Assembly: GCF_963676685.1 (NCBI RefSeq) | Contig: NC_092356.1 | Coordinates: 49,662,001 to 49,726,000 of the forward strand | Length of the DNA: 64,000 nt | Direction: 5' to 3' | Source of the DNA: Mytilus edulis | Lineage: Eukaryota | Shown here: piece after piece, positions 38,560 through 52,700 of the stretch | How positions within the stretch are numbered: the first letter of the stretch is position 1 | How the letters are laid out: every line of letters starts with the position of its first letter | Program-made: the position numbers and the translations under genes | The notes under the pieces: generated by a model | What the model was told of the DNA's origin: nothing | What the model saw: only the letters and a program-made list of their open reading frames with translations | Databases searched by the model: none

Positions 38560-39118
38560 AGATAAAATTACCAACATTCCACCAGCGCCTGCATACGGAG
38601 TATATATCTCCCTATTGATACGATATTTACGGGCTTGTATTTCATTATTTCCTTGATAGAGGGTTGCTCGCAAGGAAGCTATTAAACCATGAGTTTCAAA
38701 TGGCGAAGTTGAAATCACTCCTTCGTAAGTTTTACAGACGCCATCACGAGTTGTTTGACCGTTAAGGAATAACCGTTTCACAGATGATATCGGATATGTT
38801 CCTTTATGTCGTAACTACAATCACGTTCCCTAATCACGAATGTGACCTACCGAATTATTCTATTTACCGGAATTGTAATAACTTGAGCAACACGACGGGT
38901 GCCACATGTGGACCAGGATCTGCTTACCCTTCAGAAGCACTTGCGATCACCCCCAGTTTTTGTTGGGGTTCGTGTTACTTAGTCTTTAGTTTTCTATGTT
39001 GTGCCTTGTGTACTATTATTTGTCTGTTTGTACTTTTGTTTTTTAACTATGGCGTTGTCAGTTTATTTTCGATTTATGAGTTTGATTGTCCCTTTAGTAT
39101 CTTTCGTCCCTCTTTTAA
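38560..39118 (+). mobile_element. Penelope-like 3' relic (RT C-terminus plus tail)
   Basis: aacattccaccagcgcctgcatacggagtatatatctcc encodes NIPPAPAYGVYIS; the tail ends gtatctttcgtccctctttta. Confidence 0.75.
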
Positions 39119-39533
39119 GAATGTAAATTGTCTTTGTTCATTAAAATTTGGCTTTAATGGTTCGATAAACATAAATTGCACTTCGATGTTGAATTTTGTT
39201 ATTTCAATTGTAAAAATATTCAAGTTTTTCCTAGTAGCAATCGTCGTGTTATACCTTATAGATACTTTAACGAATGAAATTTCAGATATGAAGCATATGA
39301 TGAATAGTAAATCAATGTTAATGTCGCTTGTTTAAACCAGATCATAGCGCAGATAAGAAACAGACGAACAGATAATCAACAGTCCACAAAATACTAACGA
39401 TGATGGTGACTACTCCTGCTGGGTCTACACTTCACATCTTTAAAACAGTACGAATTAAATTTTTAATTCTTTTATTAAAAGTTTCAGAAGTTAGTAACTG
39501 ATGGTAAATTTTTAACAATATTCTGATTAGTTT

Positions 39534-42500
39534 TTACATGTCCTGCAGAAGATGACCAGTGAAGAGGGTTAACGGTGGGTTACGGCCAATTATTCCATTT
39601 GTTATCCTATCATCATTACTGGACACCCACATATTGTCGCCGACATTCATTTGATGTATAAGTGTTAAGCTCCCTCGACCAAAATAATTCGCATGATGAA
39701 TATCGGCTATGAGAGTAACCACACCTTTTCCATTGTAGATTAGGTTAACATGTGTATTAAACGACTGACTGGTAACTGTTAAGGAAAACAGATAATGTCC
39801 AGAAACAGGAGCTGTGAATATTCCACTTCTGGTATTGTAAACGTTGTTAGTGTTCGTCCATGTTTTGTCAAATATGATAGTTTGATCAACATGTGGATTA
39901 TTGATAGTTGTAGAAAGATAGGCCGAAAACATAACAGTGTTTCCTGAAATATTCAAAACATTTTTATCCACTTTTACAAAATATATTTCAGGTATTTACC
40001 AGATTAATGCAGTATGTCGTACACAGACATCAATTGATATTTTATAGTGTGTTTTTCTATGTTGTGATGTTACACTATTGTGTCGGTAAGGTTGAAGGTT
40101 GGTATCTATTATAAAGTTACTTTAAACCTGCCGGCATTTGTTTGTAACTGTTCTAAGTAAGGAAACTGAGGTTCAGCCGTTGTCGTTTGTTGATGTGGTT
40201 CATAAATGTTTCTCGTTTCTCATATTTTATATAGATTAGACCGTTGGTTTCCCGTTTGAATGGTTTTACACAAGTCATTTTTGAAGAACCTTTATAGCCT
40301 GCTGTTCGGTGTGAGACAACGTTCCGTGTTGAAGACCTTCTTTGACCTATTATGGTTTACTGTTGTGACTTGGATGGAAAGTTGTCTCATTGGCACTCAT
40401 ACCACATCTTCAAATATCTATGTACATGGTGCACGTAGCCACACTATGTAATATATCATGTATATGCAAAAGAAACTACAATTGCAACATATCGTTTTTT
40501 ACAACAATAGTTCCACGCCTGTTGTCATGCCTCGGTTACTTCAATCTCATAGTTTGTCATTGGCGTATCTTTATTTACGAAACTGTCTTTTTTTAGTTAA
40601 ATAATATTAGTCAAGTATTAAATATAATACTATGGACTTGTTACCAAATTTTAAATTCTTACAGTAGCTGTTGATTCAAAACTAGTAAAATTAGTCGGAG
40701 TAAACAACTTAGCTTTCAGAATGTTCAATGTCCTTTTAATTGAAACAGAGTTTGTCTGTTTCATAATTAAGATTATGTGAAAGTGTAGTGAAGAGAGAAG
40801 GCAATTTTAAACTATCAACAGAACTGAAAAGGCAAGTTAGAGCACGATATATATCTTAAACATCCAAAGAGTTTTTAAACACCAACATAATTAATTCAAC
40901 TATTATAGGTAAATGAATATAAAAAATAATTGTAACACACTTTCTAGAACCCAAAAATAAATTGTATGTGACCCTTTTGTACTTCAGGGTAGCAATACAT
41001 AGTAGTAACCGCAAAGTGATCAGAGCAGCGAATCTGTCCCTAAATAAAATTAAGAGTAAAAATGCTCGTAAGCCATATACATTTCGATGTAACTTACGAT
41101 CATTTTTAATTGTAGGAACTTTGTGAAAAGAGTCGCTGGTCTTTAGATTACATAGGTTACAAATACGTGTATGATTATCTTCTATTTGGCTTGCTTTATA
41201 TTGATTTTGAGTACGTTATTGTATAGAATTGTCTGGGATTTTTTCCCTAAATAGTCCTCTGATTTATTCTTAGCTAGTACACAGCAAAGTGAAGAAAGTT
41301 AAGTTATTACAAGAGAGACTACGTAGAAATACAGTCCCATTAAGCAGCACTGACCGATTTGAACTGGTATGATTCAAAATTTTCAAATTTGCGGAGAGTT
41401 CATTAATTACAACAGAGGCTGCAAATTTACACATTCGAAATAAATAGCACTATAAGATTTGAATTGTTTTTCTCATTTCAAACTTTGACGAAGATTAAGT
41501 AATTAACATCGTGGCTGCGTACTTGTATTTCCCAAATGAATAGCACCTTGCGATTTATACTGCATGGTACACTAAAATCTTTCAGTTATTGATTACAACC
41601 CTAAGGAAAAGCACTGCGCGAATAGAAGAACACCTTTCCATCGTTCTCATTAGGTGCCAACGTTTTAAATTTTCTTATCCAAAATATTTCCTGTGCTAGT
41701 CTACCCTCCCTAGACCAAGCTTAAACTGTGTTATGGTCTGTGATTGTAATGATAAGTCGATTGAGATCTGCCTTAGTGTGACCCAGGTATTTCAAATGCC
41801 GACTTAGAGGGAGGTCTGGTTTGCATTCATAGTCACTACGGTGGCTGTTCGTACGTTAGTGGAATGAGGCTCCGACAGGGTACCCCCTCAGGTCGCAAGG
41901 TCGCTTTTAAAATTCGACGAGAGGTCGTTTTTAAGGGAAATGTACAGGTCGCAGGTCGTTTTTCCCAACACAGAGAACGGAAGTCAGTCGGAGGTCGTTT
42001 TTTTCCAAATTTACAGGTCGCAGGTCGTTTTTGACCCTGCGGTAGCCTCTGGAATGACTGTTCTGGCTAACCAACATTCTCTTTTCCGCATTTACACTGT
42101 AGAAGATACACAGTATTATAGTCTTGCAATTGACGTTGCAAGATATGTTGTATTCCGTACCAGCACAGTGGTTGATAAGAGTCAGAGCATTAAGGATATG
42201 CTTGCAAATAATACATAGTTATACAATTATGAAAGATGTTTTCAAACAAATTCGCTCAACCTACTGCTTTATATATAGTGGTCGTCAAAAACTTGCAGTG
42301 AGGTGACAGTTTCTTTATGCCTCACTGTGACTTTGAAATGAAGAACAGCAATATGAAGGGATTGCTTTTTATATCTTTTATGTCTGAACTGTAGTCTAAG
42401 ACATGTAATTGTGAAATAAAAAGGTGAGAAAATAATAAGTGGGAAACAGTCATACAAATTCAAACCTGCAGAATGGTTTATCGTGGACATATTCCGTAAT

Positions 42501-42811
42501 AAGGCACTATTTTCCAGTTTCAATCTTGACACATCATGTTGAACACTTGAAAGGTTTCCTTTCATAATATTGTTTTCATTTTTCATTGCCAGAAATTCTT
42601 TCTGGAAACTGTATACGCTAGACTGCAGACTGGTTATTTGTTTTTCAAGTTCCATTCTCAATGCAGATTCCTGGTTTATGATCTGATGTAAATAGGATGC
42701 TTCATCAGCTGGCAACTTAGGTGTCGAGGGAATCCCTTGATCTAGTAAAGCTCGAGAATTTCCATGCCATATGGACAGTATTGTAAGTACTATAAGAACG
42801 GACATGTTCAT
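39534..42811 (-). CDS. C1q-domain-containing gene B, intact, 251 aa (signal peptide, coiled-coil, gC1q); exons 42811-42466 and 39943-39534
   Basis: Phase-1 junction GCAG|gtttga ... tttcag|GA AAC ACT; 346+410 = 756 bp. gC1q motifs FSAYL, IIFD, YNTRSGIFTAPVSGHYLF, GDNMWV, FTGHLL. Confidence 0.93.
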
Positions 42812-42857
42812 TATAGGAAAAGTTTACTGTTATGACATGTTTGTAGATATATATTCA

Positions 42858-42876
42858 TATATAGGTGATAAGAAAG
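42858..42876 (-). promoter_or_regulatory. TATA-like plus GATA block upstream of C1qDC gene B
   Basis: tatataggtgataagaaag, similar to the block upstream of gene A. Confidence 0.5.
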
Positions 42877-44050
42877 GGATCCAAGTGCACTATAATACGT
42901 AGCTTAATTTTCGAATTATAGCGGAGTTTTGTTTTTATTTAAGAGGAGAAGGATAACTTTTGTTCTCGTTGATCACATATTTTATAGAAAAGATTTTTTT
43001 AATGGATATTTTTTCCGTTTTATTGTTTTTAGGGTCAATGCACAACTTCTTATAAGTTTATACATTTAACCAAAACGCTGACATGAGATTGTGTAACTTT
43101 TCAGACAAAGTGAAAACCATGACATGGTCTGACGAGTATTACATACATGTCAGTGTATTTGTCTTCAAAGTACTTCGTTGATATAAAAAAGAAAAATATT
43201 CAAAATGGAAATTGTAAATTGTAAGTAACTTACTGGTATACTATTTGATAGTTCTTTGACCCTAGAGTCTCTCTTTTTATCTGAGTTCTTCAACAGAATA
43301 ACCTTCTAGATTCTATTATGTTATGAAAGTACTGCAATATTAATCCATAAAATACAAGAAAGTAGTGGTATATTGATGCACTATTGACAACACAAAGACA
43401 AATAGACACAAAATAAAGACAGATAACTACGGTTATGTTTCAGTTATAGATTGAAATGGATATTGAAAATTGTTTCAACTGAAATACTGGATATTGAAGA
43501 TAGCATGCAGTGTATGGAAAGCATGTATGTAATTTTTCTGTCGTACATTGCATTTTTTTGTACATTTTTGCTAATTGGTATTTAAAATGGATGTTCATCT
43601 TTTGAGTATCACGAAAAGCCGTGAAAATGTCGAATTCCGCTTTCAAATTTTCAAATTTTCAATTTAACAAACTAATTGTAATTTAGATATGTTTAGTCGG
43701 TAAAAATCATTCCATTTTTTTGAGGGAGTTGAATTCGAAGTGTCACGGATTCATTCTTTCGAGGGCACATCTCGTGCATTTTTCATATAAATACGGAGAA
43801 TTTCAACTATATTATTACTGCTTAAAAAAAGGTGTGAAAATGAATCAAATACGAAATTCGAATATATCCTAAAGTTATGACCATCTTAAGACACCTAATT
43901 TGGTATCTTAAAGTTATGACAAAAGTTCCTTGGATTTTCCTAAATTGTGACATGTTTAATAAACCCACTTAGGACTAAGATGTACATGTAACCTAAGTTG
44001 GTCTTAGGACATGTCCTAATCCTAAGAGAGCTTCAATAAACAGGCCCCTG

Positions 44051-44704
44051 GGGTGGTGTTCTCGAAAGTATCCTAAGACACATCTTAGACCAATTTAAGG
44101 ATGGACTTAGGATCAACTTAGGACACTCTTAAGTTGTGTCTCGAAGCTATCTCAGACGAATCTTATGTTAGGACGTCCTAAACATATCCTAAGTAGAAAT
44201 TTTAAATCGTTAAAGACTTTTTTTGATAAAACATTTATTAATGACGAAAAAATTTAATAAAATTGTTTACGAATTTTATAATAACGTGTACAGAATTAAA
44301 TGCATAATTACCAATGTAATTATATAAAAAAAAATGTTATTCAAACTGGAAAACAATTTGTTTTGAAATGAGAATTAAATTTGTAGTGTAATCGTATCGT
44401 GAAACACGAAGTACAAAGTTTAAAATCATGCACAATTTCTTCATATACCGATGATGCGATTCATTTCATGTTCATTTTCAGGCAAAATAATGAGCAAAAA
44501 GCGAAATCCAAACTTTATTATGCTAGGATGAAGATATGATGCTCTTAAGACACCTTATTGGGTGTCCTAAAGTTAGGACGAAAAATGAGATATATCATAA
44601 GTCAAGAGAGCTTCGAGAACACGACTTAGGGTAAAGATTTGTCATAAGATAGACTTACGACACGTCCTACTCCTAAGATACATGTAGCTTCGAGAACACC
44701 ATCC
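44051..44704. mobile_element. MITE with 16-bp TIRs and CTG TSD (Harbinger-like)
   Basis: ctg|gggtggtgttctcgaa ... ttcgagaacaccatcc|ctg; many internal cttaagac/cctaag motifs; abuts the end of a related element (~43850-44047). Confidence 0.8.
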
Positions 44705-46745
44705 CTGGTCACGATGTTTGTGGGATAAAACGTAATGTAAACAATAAAAAAAAATTGTACTTTCAAAAGGGAAAAGTAACCCGAAACTTTATATTTATAC
44801 TTTAAATTGACGTGGATTGAAACTTTCAAAAGCTACAATCCGAAATTCAACTTTTTTATATTCATTACTTGAGAGATCGCTGGAAATCGGGAAATATAGT
44901 TATAAATGATTGTGACCGCTATATGACGGCGTCTTACTGAGGAAAAAAGGCGATAGAACCAAAGGGATATTAGAACTCATTTTGTCAAAAAACAGACAAA
45001 TACATTGTCATAGAGTTTCATAAGATAACATTTTTTTGTACCTATTTCGCGCATTGAACATGGAACCGCCTATAGACACATTTTTATTTCATGTCCTCGG
45101 CAAAAAAATGCTCTGGAAAATAATTTATTTTATTTTGTTTATGCTTTTGTGCAACGAGGAGATTATTGAGAATATAAATATTGATCATTTTAATTTTCTC
45201 TGCAAATAACGACATGAGTAGCCTCCAGTCGTAACAAAAAGATAACAGGTTACTTTTCGCGGCTACCTTCTTTTCCTTACAAAGTGCACGAAATAGATCT
45301 CAAACGGCGGAAGGTCACTGATTAGAGACGGATCACATTTTGCCCTAAAAGGGACTTCCGGTTGTCCGACTGATAGACAACAGTACATAATAAACATAAA
45401 ACTAAAGACTATGCAACACGAACCCTCCATAAACCGAGAATTAACTCGTATGCTTCGGAAGCGTTTGGGTTATCAGATCTGAACTGATTGGTATTCTAAT
45501 ATACAAGACCGGAAAAAAGCATGTCGCTTCCCTTCATACGATGACACTTCGGAAATTAAGTCGTATGATTTCCAAAAAGTTTTTTATTGTCATTTTGGAT
45601 CGTAAAATAGCAAACCACAGTTTCCGAATTTGTCTAGTTGTTAAATCGAGTCAGCAAAGTTCTATTCAACAAAATTTACCAGATTTACATTTAAACTCAT
45701 GAATTTGAATAAACTGACAACGTCGTGGTTAAAAAAGAAAGAAATAACAACCGACAACAATCGTACACAAAACACAACAAAGAAATCTAAAGAATGAGCA
45801 ACACGAACCCCATCAAAAATGGGGGTGATCTCTAGTGCCGTGTTGTATAAGCAGGAAAAGGCGTACTATGACCCCTATTTCAGTTGAAACAAATAGAAAC
45901 TTACTGCTCAATCTATCACATGTTCCTGTACCAAGTCAAAAGATAGTAATTCATTGGTTGTTGTTGGTTGCCTCTTGAATTAGTTCACGTTGATCTATTG
46001 TTGTCGTTGGCAGTTGATTTTCATCTTTAACTGATTCACATTTCGTCATGTCTTGGTCTTTATTAACCTACTGTACATGTATATTATCAAGCTTTTATTT
46101 AGATTGTGACCATGGTTAAAACGACGGGTGGCACAGTCATTGTAGACGCGGCAGGATCTGATTTCCCTTCCGGAGCACATTGGGAGTCGGGATGCTTAGT
46201 CTTGAGTTTTCTATGTTGTGTTTTGTGAACTATAATTGTTTGTTTTCTTGTCGTCTTCTGCTTTAGCCAAGGCGTTGTAAGTTTTATGCAATTCGCGAGT
46301 CTCTAGTATCTCTTTAGCCCCTCTTTACAAGGTCGAACGTTCACATATAGTTGCTTACTTCCTCGTGCTATGACGGTGGTGACACGCTTTTAGATGTTGG
46401 AAAAGGGGATAAAAAGTGCATTGGATTTGGGTAGTAAGTAGTTGTAAAAACAGGGATGGGGGTGGGGGGTGGGGGAGATACCAACAAAAGCATGATTTGT
46501 GATTAATATGCTTCCGCTGTCACCCCTCTTTTTTTGGTTTTGATTGATAGCTGTCTCAGTTGCTATCAATTTATAGTTTCCTTATTTTTCTTATTTTCAT
46601 ATAAGTGCAGGTTGTCTATAACCATTGAACCATGACTATTTTAAAGTAAAACGTAAACTGTTTACAATAACACATTTTTTTCTTTATACAATCTGTGTTG
46701 TCCATCCCGAGTTATCTCTGATAATTTACCTGCACCTGGGGAGCA

Positions 46746-49700
46746 ATGGCGTATAGAACTTTGACATCGTTTCTACTTGTCTGTGTTTCCTATTCATTAT
46801 GCCAAGGTGAGTGATCTTTCATATATATGTAGGTAAATATGTGTCATTTGTAAAAATAATACACATTTTCATATCACTTTACTAAATTCTAATGACTTGT
46901 TGTATTGAGAAAACTATTAAGTTTTTATCATAAGTCTATTCTATGATGTTATAGTTCAAATTATCTGTGCATTGAGGGTTATATTAAAAAAGAATAAGCC
47001 ATTGACTATGCTATAATTTTTTTTTGATTCTTTTCAAAACACTGTTTTTTCCCCTTATATACATATAGATGAATCATGTTATGAATTCAAAACGTTCGCG
47101 AGGGGAAAAACTCTGTCAATATCAAACAGGAGCATTTCTGTTTAAAACTTTAATAAATCGTTGAAGACCTAGATAATCTATGAACAATTTATATGTTAAT
47201 ACTCTTCTGGGGGTATTTTAGTTATTTGCGTCGTTTGGTTACCGGTTTATTCCCAAAACTATGTATAGGAAATGTTATATGTTTTGTCATGGGTAATACC
47301 TATATATGCATTTTAAGTAAAGTAAGTATACCAGCTGATTACTATACAACATAATGTTCGAGAACTGTAGTTAACATAACCATTAAATAATATTGAAATT
47401 GATGCCCCCCCCCCCCTTTCCACCTTTTCCGCCTTTTTAGTTTTTGAAAGCTATCATTTTGTATTAATCATAATATCAAGGTGTAAATAAAATTCACCCA
47501 ATACTGCTAACGCGCTTTGTTTGTGTATACATCTTTTCAGTGACATATTTTTAAAACAAAATTTAGTACTATAAACGTTGATTTGTAGTGTTAACTTGGA
47601 AAGGACATATATAACATTACTTCATAATGTCTTAACAAATACATTCTTGATCGAAATCTTGTAAGAAAGGTAATACATGTACATAAAATTATCACGTAGT
47701 AGTAGGTTGAATAATCTGTCAGTAAATGTGTTCTGAATAAAACCTGGCCAGATTATGTTTATTCCTGATTATCAATTTATAAACAATATATAATAAATGT
47801 TATTCAGATACTTTGTAGGGTGTGCGAAAAACGACACGGAAAGTAAATAAATAAATTCTATCGCATAGCTTGCCTCGTCAAAAAGCAATTAAGTGTTCAA
47901 CTGTAAAAAATGTTTGAGATTGTAGACATGCTTTATATTTATTGACCACGTGATTAGAATGGCGAAGAACAAATTTAAAAGCAAATAAACATGCATGATT
48001 AGATAATAGATCATTAATTTATCAAAATATGTTTATAATCATCAAAGCAAAGCTACCCAAGTACCCTTCAATAATGGATGGTCAATTCAATCAAAGATGG
48101 GATCATACTGTTACACAATAACTTTGAAACAATACCGCTGTCCAAACCAGTGTCCGAACTATTTACACCAAATTTTAGTTTTCCTTCAAACAGACAGGAA
48201 GGTTACCATTATTTGTTTTTGATTAATATTTTGTCAAGGGGGGATGGAATAGGTGTCTCAAATATTTGAACAATATGTATAAACGTCCAAAATAAGCCTT
48301 CTTAAAAAATTATCGGACGGTGTAATCAGTTTATATGTAATAGTAGCAAACTGTGCTAAACATCAAATGTTGTATGTGGCAGCAATTGGGACTTTCAAAG
48401 AAACTTATTCATATTTAAATTGAACTTCCTATATGTTTCTAGTTCATTCCCATACCAAAATTCTCAACAAAAAAAATAGAATGTAAAAAAAAATGTTTGA
48501 TAAGCAATCATATTAAATATTACTATAAAAAAAGTAGAATTAGCGTGTTTCAATCAGCAAATGTCTTTTGTTATGTATAGGACAAATAGATCCTCCCGAG
48601 ACAGACTGGGACAAACTAGCAACTGACAGTTTAAACAAGGCACTCAAACAAACATACAATACTAATTTGGCGAAAAACATTATCTTATTCATCGGAGATG
48701 GAATGGGCGTGTCCACCGTTACTGCAGCTAGAATATATAAAGGTCAGAAACAAGGCCATCCTGGGGAAGAGACGATTCTGAAATTTGAAGAATTTCCTCA
48801 TGTGGCATTGTCAAAGGTAAGAACGTGACCAACCTTGTATTGTTGGTCATGAAGATCAACATTCCTACCATTTATACGAAAGATGAAAATAGTTTTGTTA
48901 ATTCAATTAGTTTTAGAGAATTTTATCGTAGCGGTAAATAAACAAGTCACTATTCAGTATCAAATTATAACACAGCTTTGAGTTATTATATACAAAAATA
49001 AGATGTGGTATGATTGCCAATGAGACAACTCTCAACAAGAGACCAAATGACACAGAATTTAACAACTATAATAGATCACCATACACCTTCAACAATGAGC
49101 AAAGCTCATACCGCATAGTCAGCTAAAAACGCCCAACTTCTGGTAATTCTGCATAAAAAGTGGGGAACAATCATTATGTATGCTACACTTAAAGTTCCTA
49201 GCTTATTTTGTCAGTTATGGTGTATTATTACTACAATAAACATTTAGCTTCGTATAGGTATTGATATCAAACGGGAACATTTTTGACTGGTGTCACAATG
49301 TAAAGGAATTATCAATCTTTATATTCGTAAACATTCTTTTACAAATTAATTCACCATGACCTTAGATGAAAACATTCTCTCTTAAATTGCACTTTTATAC
49401 GCAATATCATTTCATGTGTAAACAACGTAATGAAAACATTTTTGTTGACCCAATTCTTTTCAATATATATTACCATTAAGATCACCTAACATTATATTCG
49501 GTTTAAGTTCAAATTGCCCATGCTTTTTATTTTTATTGTAGTAACTCCTTTACCTCGTGTGCGATTTATTTTTATTTTTAAAATATGCATTACTGATAGA
49601 AAAAAAAATGGGATGATTATCAAGATATTTATTGAAATCTTGAGTAAAAAATATTTTGATTATACATACGTTAAAATTTAAAACCACACACAATGTTTTT

Positions 49701-52700
49701 TTACTTTTTACATATCATTGATAGAATTGCAGCTATTTATCAATTATGGACTTTTACTAGGTCAAAACGTTATACACTAGCTGTTTTGTATAATTTAATT
49801 CAGAAGTCAATATATATACATATATATATAGTATCAAACAATGCATTTGTGTACTTTCAATATAAAAAAAAAGATGTGATATGTTTGCCAATGAGATAAC
49901 TCTCCACAAGAGACCAATATGACACAAAAATTAACAACTATAGGTCACCGTCAAACGAGAAAAATAACGGCCTTATTTATATAAAAAAAATAAACGAAAA
50001 ACAAATATGTAACACATAAACAAACGACAACCACTGAATAACAAGCTCCTGACTTGGGACAGGCACATACATACATAATGTGGCGGGGTTAAACATGTTC
50101 AAACTTTCAAATAAAGTTTTTTTTCTTTCTTGGAAAAATGCAGAAGTTTTTTTTTTGTTATATGGATCTTTTTCTCTTTTTAGTGTGTGTACTTTGTCCT
50201 GAATTCCTAAACATGTACTTTTACTGATATATCGTTTTTTAATATTGTTTTCTTCTTCATCAACAAACTTTAATTTTAATTTTATAAGACATACGGAAAT
50301 GATAGGCAGGTTCCAGACTCTGCACAAACAGCCACGGCGCTGATGAGTGGATATAAAACAAACTTCTACATAGTTGGCTTCAATGACAAGGTCACTGAGG
50401 GGAATTGTTCTGCTGAAACTGAAGAGAACAAACTTAAATCTATTCTTCATCACTTTAATGATGCCGGTAAGTTTTTGTTTGAGTCAGTAAATGTTATATC
50501 TCTAAACGGTAAACCGCTCTTCTGTTAATTCGGCTGCCTTACTATGAAACATTACCTACTTTTTATACATAATATATATTTAAATTCTCATGAACCAAAA
50601 TTCTCGGTACACAGATATAATAAACATTGAAAATATAACAAAAAGTTTGAATAATTACGAATGTGTGATCTACAGGGGTTAAAAAATATAAAAATGAGTC
50701 ATATATACGATATTATATAAATGAAATTTTATAGATATTGGAAGATGTGGTATGAGTGCCAATGAGACAATTCTCCACCCAAGTAACAATTTATAAAAGT
50801 AAACCATTAAAGGTCATGTTACAACCTTCAACACAAAGCGGAGCCTTGGCTCACACCGAACAGCAAGCTATAAAGGGCACCAAAAACTACTAGTGTAAAA
50901 CCATTCAAACGGGAAAACTAACGGTCTAATCTATATAAAAACGAGAAACGAGAAACACTTATGAATCACATAGACAGACGACAACTACTGAACATCAGAT
51001 TCCGGACAGTTACAAACAATTGCAGCAGTTTTAAACGTTTTAATGGTACCAAACCTTCTCCCTTTTCCGAAACAATAGTATCACAACATAGAAAGACACA
51101 CTTTAAAATATCAGTTAGAAGCCTTAATTCAATAAAAAAATGCTTATTTTCATTTTTGTTTTTAATTTATTGTCTTTTATATATTTTGTTGTGTTGTGTC
51201 ATTACACCACTATCCCTGTCATTTTAAAGCTGACTGTGCGGTATTGATTTTGAACATTGTTGAAGGCCGTCCGGTGACTTAAGTTTTAAACCTCTATGTC
51301 ATTTAGTATCTGGTGGAGAGGTGTCTCATTGGTAATCATACCTCTACCTCTACTTCTAATTCTAATAGTTTAAGGTACATGCTATCAAACAATCTTACCT
51401 CTTATAGACCAATAAATTTGCACAAATTGTTTGGCATACCAGTGTTAATGTTTCTAGAATTCCTTTAAGTTAGATTCTAAAATTTCGATATGTTACTTCG
51501 AGTTGATTCACTTGATGAAACATTTTATGACTAAAAACAGATGATGGTGACAAATTTCTCATAAAAAATGTACTCACCTCGTTACCACAAATTAAAAAAA
51601 AAGATAAAGAAATAACAGATTGAAGATACATTTAATCATCATTTTATCAAAATTTATACTTGTCTGAATTTTTGAAAATACTCAGTGGCAGAGAGACGCA
51701 AAATATTTGTCCTTTACACATAATTTACACCTAGTAACATAAATCTGTACATTTCTCAATGTTATCGATGCTTGTCTCAAGTGATGATTATCGACTTTGC
51801 CAAACCAAGACTTAAAGATTGATATTTGCTGCTTTTACGCTAGGCTCACTGTATTGTGATGTATGAGCAAAACCTGGTCGGCCCAGAATCACAGTAATAT
51901 GTCCGGGTAGGAAGACAATTCATCTAGCGGACTATTTATTACCTTGTGAACTAGCTCGTTAAAAATTCGGCTTTAAAGTGTCAATCTAGTGCAAAGCAAG
52001 TTTCATATTAACTACCAAACTAGTATTAGATAAAACAGGGCAAAATTGCATCTTTTTTATTTTACATTGAAATAATTGTAATGTTAAATATGAAAGTCCC
52101 ATCATTTTTCAATTCATTTCTTATAATCCAGACTTAGTTATATGCTTGTCATTGAATAACTATTGGTTGTATTGTGTTCTAGGTAGATCAACAGGTGTGG
52201 TAACGACTGCACGACTGACCCACGCTACCCCTGCCTCGTCCTATGCCAACAGTGCTAACAGAGACTGGGAATACGATGCTATACTCAGAGAAACAAATGT
52301 TGCAGGAGACTGTAAAGATATTGCTTACCAACTTGTTTATGACAATTCGTATATACAGGTACACTACCTTCATCATGGATTTCCTCTATTACATTATTTG
52401 GGAAATTTTTCTCGTCCTGATAATACATGAAATATTTGCCAATGATTGTTAAGCTAACAACATACAATAAATGTTATCATGGTTGAAATATGTAATTTCA
52501 TGAATATTCATAACATCATTTATTTTTATTTTAAAAGAATGCAAAACAAATTGATGTTATGAAGCAAAAGCGAGAAAAAAAAGTGTTAATATTTTTTCTT
52601 GTTCAGCACTATTTTTAAACAGTACGTTTGGTTGTGTGTATTTTTTGCGTGTTTATTTATTCATTTAGTAAAGATCTTGACACCAAATAGCTGCAGTTTG

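Noticed and set aside
38784-39335. 183-aa ORF with hydrophobic segments
   Set aside because: It lies mostly in a T-rich repeat tail present in several copies; spurious.
42269-42465. C-terminal extension of the 180-aa ORF as a membrane anchor
   Set aside because: It is intron read-through past the phase-1 donor at 42465.
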